A stretch of DNA of 56,822 nucleotides from an uncultured Candidatus Saccharimonadales bacterium (GTDB lineage: Bacteria > Patescibacteriota > Saccharimonadia > UBA4664), in contig CAZDGK010000002.1 in assembly GCA_964505035.1 (NCBI GenBank), positions 1-56,822 on the forward strand, given 5' to 3'. Positions 32,564 through 41,072 of this stretch are shown one piece after another. Both the position numbers and the translations under genes were made by a program. Numbering within the stretch: position 1 is the stretch's first letter; each line of letters begins with the position of its first letter. Below the pieces are notes generated by a model, which was given only the letters and a program-made list of their open reading frames with translations, searched no databases and was not told where the DNA came from.

Positions 32564-34018
32564 ATGCGTAAGCGTAGCGAGCTGGTCTTTAGCCTTATTT
32601 TGGTGCCGCTGGACTTCTTGGCGCTGCTGAGTGCGTTTGTGGCTGCCTTCATTATCAGAGTGAGGTTTGAGATGCGGCCAGTAGCGCACCCGACTCCGGG
32701 TCATGAGTTCCTGCAGGTGTTGCTGGTGGTGCTACCAGTATGGATTTTGATCTTTGCCCTGACTGGGCTGTACTCGCAGACGAGTTTGCGGGGACGACTG
32801 CAGGAGGCTGGCAAGGTGTTTGTGGCGGTGAGCGGTGGCGTGATGTTTACGATCTTATTGGACTTTTTCCAGCCGGTTACGATCTTCCCGTCGCGGGCGA
32901 TTCCAATTATTGCCTACGGCCTGGGGCTGGTGTTTGTGTTGCTGGGGCGGACGGTAGTACGGGCGATCCAGCGGTGGCTGTTTAACTATGGTGTGGGGGT
33001 GCACCAAGCGCTACTAGTGGGTAGTGGTGAGGTAGCACAGCGGATCGCGCATGACTTGTCGAACGTGCGGTCGGGGTACCGGTTGCTGGGGACGATTGAT
33101 ACGGCTCAGGGGGCAAGCAAACGGCTACGTGGGGTGACGGTTTATAACTCATTGAACAAGGCATTGAGTCGGGTGGGAGCGCGGCAGATTGACGAGATCA
33201 TCCAGGCTGATTCGGCACTGAGCCAGGAGGCAGTGCTGGAACTAGTGAATTACGCGACAAACCATCACATAACCTACCGGTTTGTGCCTAACCAGTTCGG
33301 GCTGTATGCCACAAACTCGGAAGTGAGCAGTTTGGCAGGTGTGCCGATGATAGAGATTAAACTCACGCCGCTGGATGGCTGGGGAAGGATAGCAAAGCGG
33401 GTTTTTGATGTAATTGGCGCAACATTTGGCCTGGTGATACTATCTCCGGTGTTTGCGCTGGTAGCTTTGGCACTGAGACTGACTGACCCAGGCCCGGTGT
33501 TTTACCGGCACCGGCGACTGAGCCGCACCAGCCACGAGCTGCGGGTGGTAAAATTTCGAACGATGATTTGGCGCTATTGTGATGGTCCTGATCGCCCATA
33601 CAAAAATGCCTCTCAGACACTTAAGGCCATGGGGCGGGAAGACCTGATTCCGGAATTTGAGGAGCATCAGAAGCTGGAGGATGACCCGCGTGTCAGCCGG
33701 CTTGGGCGATGGCTGCGGCGAACCAGTATCGACGAGCTGCCGCAATTGCTGAACGTACTGAAGGGCGACATGAGCTTGGTGGGGCCGCGGCCAATTGTGC
33801 CGCATGAGCTGGAGCGCTATGGCGAGCAGAGCGCTAGCTTCCTGGCTTTGAAGCCTGGTATGACAGGGCTGTGGCAGATCTCGGGACGCAGCGACATTAG
33901 CTATGACGAAAGAGTGAAACTGGATATCTACTATATTGAAAATTGGAGCTTGCTGCTCGATGTAAAGATTTTGCTCAAGACGGCGGTGGCATTACTGTTT
34001 AGACAAGGGGCTTATTGA
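32564..34018 (+). CDS. Polyprenyl glycosylphosphotransferase (bacterial sugar transferase, WbaP/EpsL type)
   Basis: Four N-terminal TM segments, a central Rossmann-like region, and a C-terminal domain with RVFDVIGA...PVFYRHRRL...KFRTM...DELPQLLNVLKGDMSLVGPRP. Confidence 0.85.
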   Translation: MRKRSELVFSLILVPLDFLALLSAFVAAFIIRVRFEMRPVAHPTPGHEFLQVLLVVLPVWILIFALTGLYSQTSLRGRLQEAGKVFVAVSGGVMFTILLDFFQPVTIFPSRAIPIIAYGLGLVFVLLGRTVVRAIQRWLFNYGVGVHQALLVGSGEVAQRIAHDLSNVRSGYRLLGTIDTAQGASKRLRGVTVYNSLNKALSRVGARQIDEIIQADSALSQEAVLELVNYATNHHITYRFVPNQFGLYATNSEVSSLAGVPMIEIKLTPLDGWGRIAKRVFDVIGATFGLVILSPVFALVALALRLTDPGPVFYRHRRLSRTSHELRVVKFRTMIWRYCDGPDRPYKNASQTLKAMGREDLIPEFEEHQKLEDDPRVSRLGRWLRRTSIDELPQLLNVLKGDMSLVGPRPIVPHELERYGEQSASFLALKPGMTGLWQISGRSDISYDERVKLDIYYIENWSLLLDVKILLKTAVALLFRQGAY

Positions 34019-35151
34019 TGGCTGAACCACGAATAGCATTAGTGCATCATTGGCTGGTCTCGAGGGGTGGAGCTGAAAAAGTGTTGTATGAATTACATCA
34101 AATGTATCCGAACGCACCGATTTATACCGCGGCGTACACTCCGGAGAAATTTCCGGACTTGAAGGATGCAGATGTGCGTCCGACCTGGCTCGACCGAGTA
34201 CCTCTGGCCAAGAAGAAGCATCAGTTTTTCCCGTTGCTGCGCGGTTTGGCATTTCGAATGCTTGATTTGAGTGAGTACGATCTGGTGATATCGTCGTGTA
34301 GCGCCGAGGCTAAGTATGTCCGCACCGGACCGAATACGCTCCATATTTGCTACTGCCATACGCCGATTCGCTACTATTGGAGTGACTACGAATGGTACCT
34401 GGCCCATCCGCCGTTTGGCAGGCTTAATGGGCTGGTGAGGCTGCTGCTTCCGCTAATGATTGGTTGGTTGAAGCGGGCTGATTACCGAGCGGCACAGGGG
34501 GTGGACGTATATGTAGCAAACTCGCGGGCGGTGCAGGAGCGGATCAAAAAGTACTACCATCGGGATTCAGTGGTGGTGTATCCCTGTGTGGACACGGAGT
34601 CACTGACGAAGCTCGAGCGGGTGCAGGGTGATTATTATTTGATAGTGGGCCGCCAGGTGGCCTACAAGCGGCTGGATTTGGCGGTAGAGGTGTTTAATGA
34701 GCTGGGTCTGCCACTGAAGGTGGTGGGCGAGGGCGAGGAGATTGCTCGTCAGAAGCCCCTGGCCAAGCACAATATTGAGTTCCTGGGGTGGCAGGATGAC
34801 GCGGAGCGTAACCGTCTGTTTGCCGGCGCCAAAGGCTTTGTTTGGCTACAGGAAGAAGACTTCGGGATCACGGCAGTGGAGGCGCTGGCGGCTGGTGTGC
34901 CGGTGCTCGGCTATGCCAAGGGCGGTACGCTGGAATACGTGACGGATGGTGAGACTGGGATTTTGGTTAAGGAGCAGACGAAGGCGAGTGTGCTCGATGG
35001 TATGAAGCGGATGGAGGCGACGAAGTTTGATGTGGCGAAGCTCCGGGCGAAGGCAGAAGAATATAGCACGGCTAAGTTTCATGAACATATGCGCGAGCTG
35101 GTGAATCAGGAATGGAGTCGATTTAGCGGCTCCAGGGATGAGACTAGGTAA
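34018..35151 (+). CDS. GT4-family glycosyltransferase
   Basis: ATG 34018 overlaps the upstream TGA (TGATG). The C-terminal EDFGITAVEALAAGVPVLG motif is the GT4 E-x7-E region. Confidence 0.8.
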   Translation: MAEPRIALVHHWLVSRGGAEKVLYELHQMYPNAPIYTAAYTPEKFPDLKDADVRPTWLDRVPLAKKKHQFFPLLRGLAFRMLDLSEYDLVISSCSAEAKYVRTGPNTLHICYCHTPIRYYWSDYEWYLAHPPFGRLNGLVRLLLPLMIGWLKRADYRAAQGVDVYVANSRAVQERIKKYYHRDSVVVYPCVDTESLTKLERVQGDYYLIVGRQVAYKRLDLAVEVFNELGLPLKVVGEGEEIARQKPLAKHNIEFLGWQDDAERNRLFAGAKGFVWLQEEDFGITAVEALAAGVPVLGYAKGGTLEYVTDGETGILVKEQTKASVLDGMKRMEATKFDVAKLRAKAEEYSTAKFHEHMRELVNQEWSRFSGSRDETR

Positions 35152-35170
35152 ACGACTATTGATGGGTACT

Positions 35171-35196
35171 AAAAAAGAGCCTGACGGCTCTTTTTT
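35171..35196. terminator. Bidirectional rho-independent terminator
   Basis: aaaaaagagcc-tgac-ggctctttttt between the GT4 gene (+) and rplT (-). Confidence 0.9.
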
Positions 35197-35210
35197 AGTA
35201 GTCCAGGAGG

Positions 35211-35561
35211 CTACTTGGCCGGTTTGGCGGCCTTGACGACGGCCTCGAAGGCCTGGGGCTGATTGACGGCGAGCTCAGCGAGGATCTTGCGGTCCAGAGT
35301 GATGCCGGAGGCCTTGAGGGCGCCCATCAGCACGCTGTAGCTGGTGCCGGCCAGTTTGGCGGCGGCGCTGATACGGCTGACCCAGAGAGCGCGGAAGTCG
35401 CGCTTCTTGTTGCGGCGGTCACGGTACTGGTACTGAAGAGCCTTTAGGATGGCCTGGCGGGCCATCTTGATGCTGGAGCGACGGACGAGCTGGTAGCCCT
35501 TGGTCTGCTCGCGCAGGGCTTTGTGCTTGGCGTGGGTAGTTACGCCTCTCTTAACGCGCAT
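35211..35561 (-). CDS. rplT: 50S ribosomal protein L20
   Basis: MRVKRGVTTHAKHKALREQTKGY... is canonical L20. Confidence 0.92.
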   Translation of the reverse strand: MRVKRGVTTHAKHKALREQTKGYQLVRRSSIKMARQAILKALQYQYRDRRNKKRDFRALWVSRISAAAKLAGTSYSVLMGALKASGITLDRKILAELAVNQPQAFEAVVKAAKPAK

Positions 35562-35757
35562 TGTGGGTTCCTAACATTTTCTTAACGTTGGGGAGGTCGC
35601 CACCGGCAATCTGGAACTCTTTCACGTATTCACGCTTGAGAGAGGCCTGCTTGTGGGCGAGAAGATGGCCGCGGTAGGCGCGACGGTGCAGTAGCTTACC
35701 GGTGCCGGTGAGCTTGACGCGCTTGGCGATTCCTTTGTGAGTCTTAAGCTTTGGCAT
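35551..35757 (-). CDS. rpmI: 50S ribosomal protein L35
   Basis: MPKLKTHKGIAKRVKLTGTGKLLHRRAYRGHLL is canonical L35. Confidence 0.92.
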   Translation of the reverse strand: MPKLKTHKGIAKRVKLTGTGKLLHRRAYRGHLLAHKQASLKREYVKEFQIAGGDLPNVKKMLGTHNAR

Positions 35758-36262
35758 CTTTCTTCATCCCTATAATCATATTAAGGTCGCGACCGGAGAG
35801 GATAGGGGCCTGCTCTTGCGTGGCGACATCGGACAGCTGTTCCATGACCTTGGTAAGGATATCATGTCCTAATTGCGGGCGCGAGATTTCGCGTCCACGG
35901 AAGAGGAGACTGATCTTGACCTTGTGGCCGTCTTCGAGGAACTTACGAGCTCTGTTGAGCTTGACCTGGAGATCGTGGTCACCGATCTTCAAGCCGAGCC
36001 GGACCTGCTTTACTTCAACCTGCTTCTGGTGTTTCTTGGCTTTCTGGAGCTGTTTGGTCTGTTCGTACTTGTACTTACCCCAGTCCAGAATTTTGGCCAC
36101 CGGTGGTTGGGCGCTAGGAGCAATTTCCGCCAGATCCATATTCGCTTCCTCGGCGAGCTCGAGGGCTTCACGCAGACTTACTACGCCGATTTGTGAGCCG
36201 TCAGCACCCACCAAACGCAAGGTTTGGGCAGTAATCTCACGGTTCACACGAATTTTGTTTAT
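35744..36262 (-). CDS. infC: Translation initiation factor IF-3, probable non-canonical AUA/AUU start
   Basis: N- and C-terminal IF3 domains are present. The frame is open upstream of GTG 36247. ATA 36262 lies 8 nt after AGGAG and gives MNKIRVNREI. ATT 36253 is an alternative start. Confidence 0.8.
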   Translation of the reverse strand: MNKIRVNREITAQTLRLVGADGSQIGVVSLREALELAEEANMDLAEIAPSAQPPVAKILDWGKYKYEQTKQLQKAKKHQKQVEVKQVRLGLKIGDHDLQVKLNRARKFLEDGHKVKISLLFRGREISRPQLGHDILTKVMEQLSDVATQEQAPILSGRDLNMIIGMKKDAKA

Positions 36263-36318
36263 CTGGCGGTCTCCTAATGAAAAGCTCCCCGGTACTATAG
36301 CAGTTTGAGGCTAGAGGG

Positions 36319-37218
36319 TCAATATCGGATTTTGACAGCTTGTTGGAATTCGCCCATGACCTTTTCGGTAATGAAGCGGACGTGCTGGCCAGTGAGGCGG
36401 ATGGCTACTGGTGTGCGGCCGGTGACTTTGCCATCGACCATGATACTGGTGGAGGGATCGGTCTCGAGAACGACTCGCTCGGCGGTAAAGCGGGTGGTGG
36501 CGACATCCTCGGTGGCGGCGTCGTTGTGATGCCGGATAAGCTGCCAGAGGTATGCGCCAAGCTGTAGACGGCGGCCTGGGTGGCCGGCCAATGACACAAC
36601 AAGACGGTTGTCTAGGGTGGGGTTGAGAAATTTTTGATTGGCTATCTGGCAAGAGAAGAGGTCGCACTCGATGGTGTATTGCTCGTCGACGGTCAACCGC
36701 GCACGCAGGCTGGTGTAGTCCTTGGCCTGGCTCCAGCCGGCCCAGAGCTGGGCCAGGCGGGCCTGCCAGCCACTGCGCGTGGTGTCGACTGACTTGTCTA
36801 ACTCGGTTTCGAAACCCAGGGCTAGGTTGGAGAGGAAGAACTTCTGGCCGGCGGCGATCAGTGAATAGGGAGTGATCCGCCGAGCGGCTAGGACCTCACA
36901 GGCTTGTTGCCAGCCCCGGATGCCCAGCTGGGTGGCGATACGGTTGTTTTTGCCGAGCGGCAGGATGCCGATGGCGATCTGCTCATTGGAGGCTAGCCCG
37001 TTGATGACTTCATTGACGGTGTCATCACCACCTACGGCCACGATGGTAGTGTGGCCACTAGCGGCCGCCGCCGCGGCCATTTTGCCGGCCTCGCCTGGGC
37101 CGGTGGTCTTGGCCCATTCGCCGCGGATGCCGAGCTCGTCGAGCCGGGCGCGGATCTTCTCCTGGAGCCCACGTAGCTGGCTGTGGCCGGCGGCGGGGTT
37201 GACGATGTAGTAGTACAT
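36319..37218 (-). CDS. Diacylglycerol-kinase-family lipid kinase (YegS/BmrU-like)
   Basis: Trimmed to ATG 37218 (MYYYIVNPAAG) with SD GAGGAG. Carries GGDDTVNEVINGL and LPLGKNN motifs. Confidence 0.8.
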   Translation of the reverse strand: MYYYIVNPAAGHSQLRGLQEKIRARLDELGIRGEWAKTTGPGEAGKMAAAAAASGHTTIVAVGGDDTVNEVINGLASNEQIAIGILPLGKNNRIATQLGIRGWQQACEVLAARRITPYSLIAAGQKFFLSNLALGFETELDKSVDTTRSGWQARLAQLWAGWSQAKDYTSLRARLTVDEQYTIECDLFSCQIANQKFLNPTLDNRLVVSLAGHPGRRLQLGAYLWQLIRHHNDAATEDVATTRFTAERVVLETDPSTSIMVDGKVTGRTPVAIRLTGQHVRFITEKVMGEFQQAVKIRY

Positions 37219-37240
37219 GGCCGGCTCCTCAGATGATGGT

Positions 37241-37627
37241 TTAGGTCTGGTCTGATGGCTCGGTGGGTTCGAGCACGTCAGTTTTGCGGATGGTATTGCG
37301 ACCATTGAAGAGGCCGCCAGGGGTGATCGATAGGCTGGCGGCGGTAATGTTGCCCTGGACACGACCGGTTTCGCGGATGCTGACGTCACCTTCGGCGGTA
37401 ATATTGCCACGGACTGAGCCAATGATAATGACATTTGAGCCTTTGAGGTCGGACGTGATTTCGCCATTGACGCCGATGGTGATGTCTCCGGTAGTCTTGA
37501 TGTCGCCTGTGACGGTGCCGTCGATGACCATGTCGCCGTCACCGTGGAGCTGGCCCGACACCGCGACACCGGCGCCGATGAGGGTCTCGGCTCCAGTCAC
37601 ACCTAATATGTCGTCTTTTCTGGCCAT
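37241..37627 (-). CDS. Bactofilin
   Basis: Repetitive beta-helix pattern: IDGTVTGDI..GDITIG..GEITSDL..IIIGSVRGNI..GDVSI..GRVQGNI. Confidence 0.8.
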   Translation of the reverse strand: MARKDDILGVTGAETLIGAGVAVSGQLHGDGDMVIDGTVTGDIKTTGDITIGVNGEITSDLKGSNVIIIGSVRGNITAEGDVSIRETGRVQGNITAASLSITPGGLFNGRNTIRKTDVLEPTEPSDQT

Positions 37628-37629
37628 GA

Positions 37630-38127
37630 TTATTCCTTACTAGCCTTGTCTGAGGCGGAGAGTTCTTGAGGGACCCGGGCAATTGCTTGGCGCAGGGCCT
37701 GTTGCTCCTCGTCTGACAGGGTATATTTGCTCTTGGCGTAGTCGATAGGTTTGACGTAGACGCGCGTGCCTTCGCGGCCGTGGATGCTGGTGAGCACATA
37801 GCCGGAATCGTGAGCGTCTAGAACGGCCAAGGTGAAGCTCTGATCGCCTCCAGTATCGCCGAAGGGATTGAAGCGCACAATGGAAATCTTCTGTGAGGCT
37901 AGACTGGCAGCGACTGATAGGGCGTCGTAGCGCTGATCAAGCTCTGCTAGGCGATGGTCGACTGTCTCTACGCGCTTCATGTGGCCTGCTAGCACGGCTT
38001 CCAGGGCATCTGGGGCGGTGCCGCCGAGCACGGCGTTTAGCCGCTTCTGGAGCAAGGCCATCCTGAAGACGGCCGTTATGGCGATTGCTAGCGCAGTTAG
38101 CGCTAGAGCCAGGACCAGGTAGAGCAA
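37630..38127 (-). CDS. DUF4446-like membrane-anchored protein
   Basis: TTG start with GGAGG 8 nt upstream. An N-terminal TM, then the VRFNPFGDTGGDQSFTLAVLD...GYVLTS core typical of DUF4446. Confidence 0.6.
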   Translation of the reverse strand: MLYLVLALALTALAIAITAVFRMALLQKRLNAVLGGTAPDALEAVLAGHMKRVETVDHRLAELDQRYDALSVAASLASQKISIVRFNPFGDTGGDQSFTLAVLDAHDSGYVLTSIHGREGTRVYVKPIDYAKSKYTLSDEEQQALRQAIARVPQELSASDKASKE

Positions 38128-38204
38128 GTGTAGACCTCCACTTAGCGAACGTTCTTAGTATAGGACCTGGTGGTGGCGCCAATCAATGCTCGCCATCTGG
38201 AATG

Positions 38205-38213
38205 TGATAGAAT
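38205..38213 (+). promoter_or_regulatory. Extended -10 giving a leaderless mRNA for ORF 38221
   Basis: TGaTAGAAT ends 7 nt before ATG 38221. Confidence 0.5.
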
Positions 38214-38220
38214 GCGGATT

Positions 38221-38514
38221 ATGGCAAAGAAGTCTAAGGCAACCAAGAAGCATAAATTTAAGCATGTTGAGGCTACACGGACGATTGAGACGGTAGTCAG
38301 CCGGACCGAGGTTGAGGTAGCGGAGGCTAGTAGCGAGGCGGCGAGGCCAGCTGCCACGGTGCTAGTGGCTAATCCAGCCGTTGTGTATCTTACAACGGAT
38401 CTGCGCCGTATTAGCTTATTGATCGTAATCTTAGTGGCGCTGCAGCTGCTGTTGTGGTTTGTGTTCAATACTACGACGCTGGATGATCAGATTTATCGCG
38501 CGCTAAAAATTTAG
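38221..38514 (+). CDS. Small Lys-rich protein with C-terminal TM (hypothetical)
   Basis: MAKKSKATKKHKFKH... followed by ISLLIVILVALQLLLWFVF. Confidence 0.45.
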   Translation: MAKKSKATKKHKFKHVEATRTIETVVSRTEVEVAEASSEAARPAATVLVANPAVVYLTTDLRRISLLIVILVALQLLLWFVFNTTTLDDQIYRALKI

Positions 38515-40016
38515 CTCAGTGGTGTGCGTGAGCGATACTGCAGAGCTTCGGAGAAGTGTGCCAGCGTAATAGATTGACTGCCAGCCAGGTCGGCGATGGT
38601 GCGCGAGACCTTGAGCAGGCGGTTGAAGGCCCTGGCCGATAGCTTGAGGTGGGCGGCTGCAGAGCGGGCGAGCTGGCGGGTTTGGTTGTCCAGGCCGCAA
38701 TACTCACGAATTTGAGCGGTGGTTAGATGAGCGTTGAGTGTGGCTGAGCCATGACGACTGACCTGGATGAGTCTAGCAGCCGCGACGCGCGCCCGAATTG
38801 GTGCGGTAGGCTCACTGAGTTGGGCCTCGGTCAGTTCGTCGTGAGCCACTGGTGCTACGTCAATGACAAGGTCGATGCGGTCGAGTAAGGGGCCGGATAA
38901 TCGGCGCTGATAGAGATTGACCTGGTGCCGGCTGCAGGTGCAGCGGTCGTCGCCGTTGTAGCCGCAGGGACAGGGGTTGCGGGTGGCTACAAGCATGAAC
39001 CGAGCAGGGAAGGTGGCGACGGCTGAGGCCCGGGCGACAGTGACCTCGCCGTCTTCGAGGGGCTGGCGGAGGGCTTCGAGCACGTCATGGGAGAATTCTG
39101 GCATCTCGTCGAGGAAGAGGATGCCCTGGTGGCTCAGGCTGACTTCTCCCGGGCGGGGGATTGAGCCACCACCGATAATGGCGGTGGCTGAGGCACTGTG
39201 ATGGGGCGAGCGGAGCGGTCTTGAGCGCATAATACCGGAATGGTTCAGGCCGACTACACTATAGAGCTTGGTGATTTGGATCATTTCCTCGTAGGTGGGA
39301 GCTGGTAGCAGGCTGATCAACGCACGCGACATCAGAGTTTTACCTGAACCGGGAGGCCCAGACAGGAGAATGTTGTGGCTACCAGCGGCGGCAATCTCGA
39401 GAGCTCGTTTGGCGTATTTCTGGCCGCTGATGAACTGGAAGTCGATATCTGAAGCAGCGACTTCGCCAGTTAATTTTGTGGTATTTTTCACAACGGCTAG
39501 CGGCTTGATGCCGCGCAGATGATTGAATAATTCTTGGAGTGAGCTGACGCCAATGACCTTGAGACCTTCGACCATGGCGGCTTCCTGGGTGTTGTCTGGC
39601 GGAAGGTAGATATGTGTGAAGCCACGCCGGAGGGCAAGCTCGGCGCCAAGCAGAGCGCCTTTGACCGGCCGGAGCTCGCCGTTGAGTGACAACTCGCCGA
39701 AGAATAGCGCACCGGTGGTCATTTCGGTGTCGAGCTGGCCGCTGGCAACGAGGACCGAGACGGCCATCGCGAGGTCGTAGCCGGTGCCGTCCTTGGGCAG
39801 ATCGGCGGGTGCGAGGTTGAGAGTGATGCGGCGCTGAGGCAGGGCGAGGCCACTGTTTTTGATGGCACTGCGAATGCGCTCGCGGGCTTCGTCGACAGAT
39901 TTGTGGGCTAGCCCGACTATGACGAAGCCGGGAAGGCCATTGGCAAGATCGCATTCGACTTGGACAAGCGCACCTTCGAGGTGGCAGAGGGCTGGCGTGT
40001 AGATTTGTGATAGCAT
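38511..40016 (-). CDS. comM: Mg-chelatase-like AAA+ protein ComM/YifB
   Basis: Trimmed to ATG 40016. Lon-like N-terminal domain, Walker A GPPGSGKT, FLDEMPEF, and a Cys cluster CPCG...C.C. Confidence 0.9.
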   Translation of the reverse strand: MLSQIYTPALCHLEGALVQVECDLANGLPGFVIVGLAHKSVDEARERIRSAIKNSGLALPQRRITLNLAPADLPKDGTGYDLAMAVSVLVASGQLDTEMTTGALFFGELSLNGELRPVKGALLGAELALRRGFTHIYLPPDNTQEAAMVEGLKVIGVSSLQELFNHLRGIKPLAVVKNTTKLTGEVAASDIDFQFISGQKYAKRALEIAAAGSHNILLSGPPGSGKTLMSRALISLLPAPTYEEMIQITKLYSVVGLNHSGIMRSRPLRSPHHSASATAIIGGGSIPRPGEVSLSHQGILFLDEMPEFSHDVLEALRQPLEDGEVTVARASAVATFPARFMLVATRNPCPCGYNGDDRCTCSRHQVNLYQRRLSGPLLDRIDLVIDVAPVAHDELTEAQLSEPTAPIRARVAAARLIQVSRHGSATLNAHLTTAQIREYCGLDNQTRQLARSAAAHLKLSARAFNRLLKVSRTIADLAGSQSITLAHFSEALQYRSRTPLS

Positions 40017-40041
40017 GGCAGATCCTGTAAAGTGATGATGC

Positions 40042-40056
40042 GAACGTAAACCGAAC
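40042..40056 (-). promoter_or_regulatory. GTTC-N7-GTTC box overlapping the comM -10/TSS
   Basis: Minus strand TTGACA-17 nt-TATGTT promoter (40054-40082), with tatGTTCggtttacGTTCgc spanning the -10 and downstream. Confidence 0.5.
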
Positions 40057-40088
40057 ATAATCTGCCTGTACAGTGTTGTCAATATGTA

Positions 40089-40117
40089 TTGACGGCGCTG
40101 ATTACCTATTCTACGAT
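40089..40117 (+). promoter_or_regulatory. Promoter giving a leaderless TrmB-like regulator mRNA
   Basis: TTGACG-17 nt-TACGAT. The -10 ends 6 nt before ATG 40124. Confidence 0.55.
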
Positions 40118-40123
40118 GAGGGC

Positions 40124-40909
40124 ATGAATGAACAGCAGCTGATTTCTCATATCGAAGAGTTAGGTCTGAGTAATAAAGAGGCCAGAGTCTACGTGGGCTG
40201 CTTGAAGGTGGGTCCGTCACCCGTGCAGCGGATTGCTGACCAGGCCGGGATTAAGCGGGTGACTGCGTACGTAGTGCTGGAGTCGCTGGCTGGTCTAGGG
40301 CTGGTCTCTCAGAGTGTAAAGGGCAAGAAGACGTTCTTTGTAGCAGAGGACCCGAGTAACCTTGAGCGCTTGCTTGAGAGGCGTGAGGATGAACTGAAGG
40401 ATCAGCGCAGCAACTTTGAGCAGGCTTTACCCGAGCTGACTAAACTGAAGGCGATCCCGAAAGAATTGCCAGAGGTGAAGTTCTTTGACGGCGCGGATGG
40501 CGTGAGGTCGCTGTTTGCGAGCTTCTTTGGCCTGTACAAAGGCGAGGAGAAGGACATTTACGTGCTGAGTAATGCCGACCAGCTGCACGCTTTCTTCCCA
40601 GAGCGGCGTACGGCCAAAGGTAACCCAGAGCGGATTCGGCACGGTATTCGCAGCCACTTGCTCTATACGAGTACACGCGGGGCAATTTATCAGGACAGCG
40701 ATGAGTCGAGTATTCGGGAGTCGCGATATGTGCCGTCCGATAAATATCCCCTGAGCGGTGATATTAGCGTGATTGGCGACTATGTGATCATGATTTCGCT
40801 CGTGGGTCCGCGGCCAATGGCGGTAACACTTCGCAACGAGGATATGGCACGAGCTATGAGAGCCTTCTTTAGCATGGCCTGGGAAGCGGCTAGCCAATAT
40901 AACAAGTAA
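40124..40909 (+). CDS. TrmB-family transcriptional regulator
   Basis: N-terminal LGLSNKEARVYVGCLKVGPSPVQRIADQAGIKRVTAYVVLESL wHTH, typical of TrmB. Confidence 0.7.
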   Translation: MNEQQLISHIEELGLSNKEARVYVGCLKVGPSPVQRIADQAGIKRVTAYVVLESLAGLGLVSQSVKGKKTFFVAEDPSNLERLLERREDELKDQRSNFEQALPELTKLKAIPKELPEVKFFDGADGVRSLFASFFGLYKGEEKDIYVLSNADQLHAFFPERRTAKGNPERIRHGIRSHLLYTSTRGAIYQDSDESSIRESRYVPSDKYPLSGDISVIGDYVIMISLVGPRPMAVTLRNEDMARAMRAFFSMAWEAASQYNK

Positions 40910-40983
40910 TACCGCTTGCCCCTAGGATGGACTTGGAGGTTTCCGAATTGACACTAAACTGGCGGTAGCAGGATAATTGTGTC

Positions 40984-41056
40984 GCCATCACGGAGGAGGA
41001 AGGGTCTGATGGATTAGGAGCAATTCAAAAAGACCGGTAATTTACCGGTCTTTTTT
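40984..41056 (+). ncRNA. Candidate small RNA (orphan promoter-to-terminator unit)
   Basis: TTGACA-18 nt-GATAAT at 40948-40977. A hairpin ccatca/tgatgg presents the loop CGGAGGAGGAAGGGUC. It is followed by GGAUUAGGAG and the terminator aaaaagaccggt-aattt-accggtctttttt. Confidence 0.3.
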
Positions 41057-41072
41057 GATGACTTCGGGCGGG

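Noticed and set aside
37219-37569. The N-terminal 117 codons of track ORF 36319..37569. The same problem applies to the extensions of 38511..40220, 43278..44672, 41073..42218 and 28118..28720.
   Set aside because: The extensions overlap well-supported neighbouring genes or promoters. Internal ATGs with an SD or a leaderless -10 give proteins that start at the conserved family N-termini.
40078-40093. Palindrome GTCAATA-TG-TATTGAC as a dedicated operator. A similar case is TTGACTA-TT-TAGTCAA at 27686-27701.
   Set aside because: The 40078-40093 dyad is explained by two back-to-back -35 hexamers (TTGAC) of divergent promoters (comM and trmB-like). At 27686-27701 one arm is the -35 of paralog 2 and the other is a TTGACT with no downstream + strand gene. 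No extra evidence supports a regulator site at either dyad.
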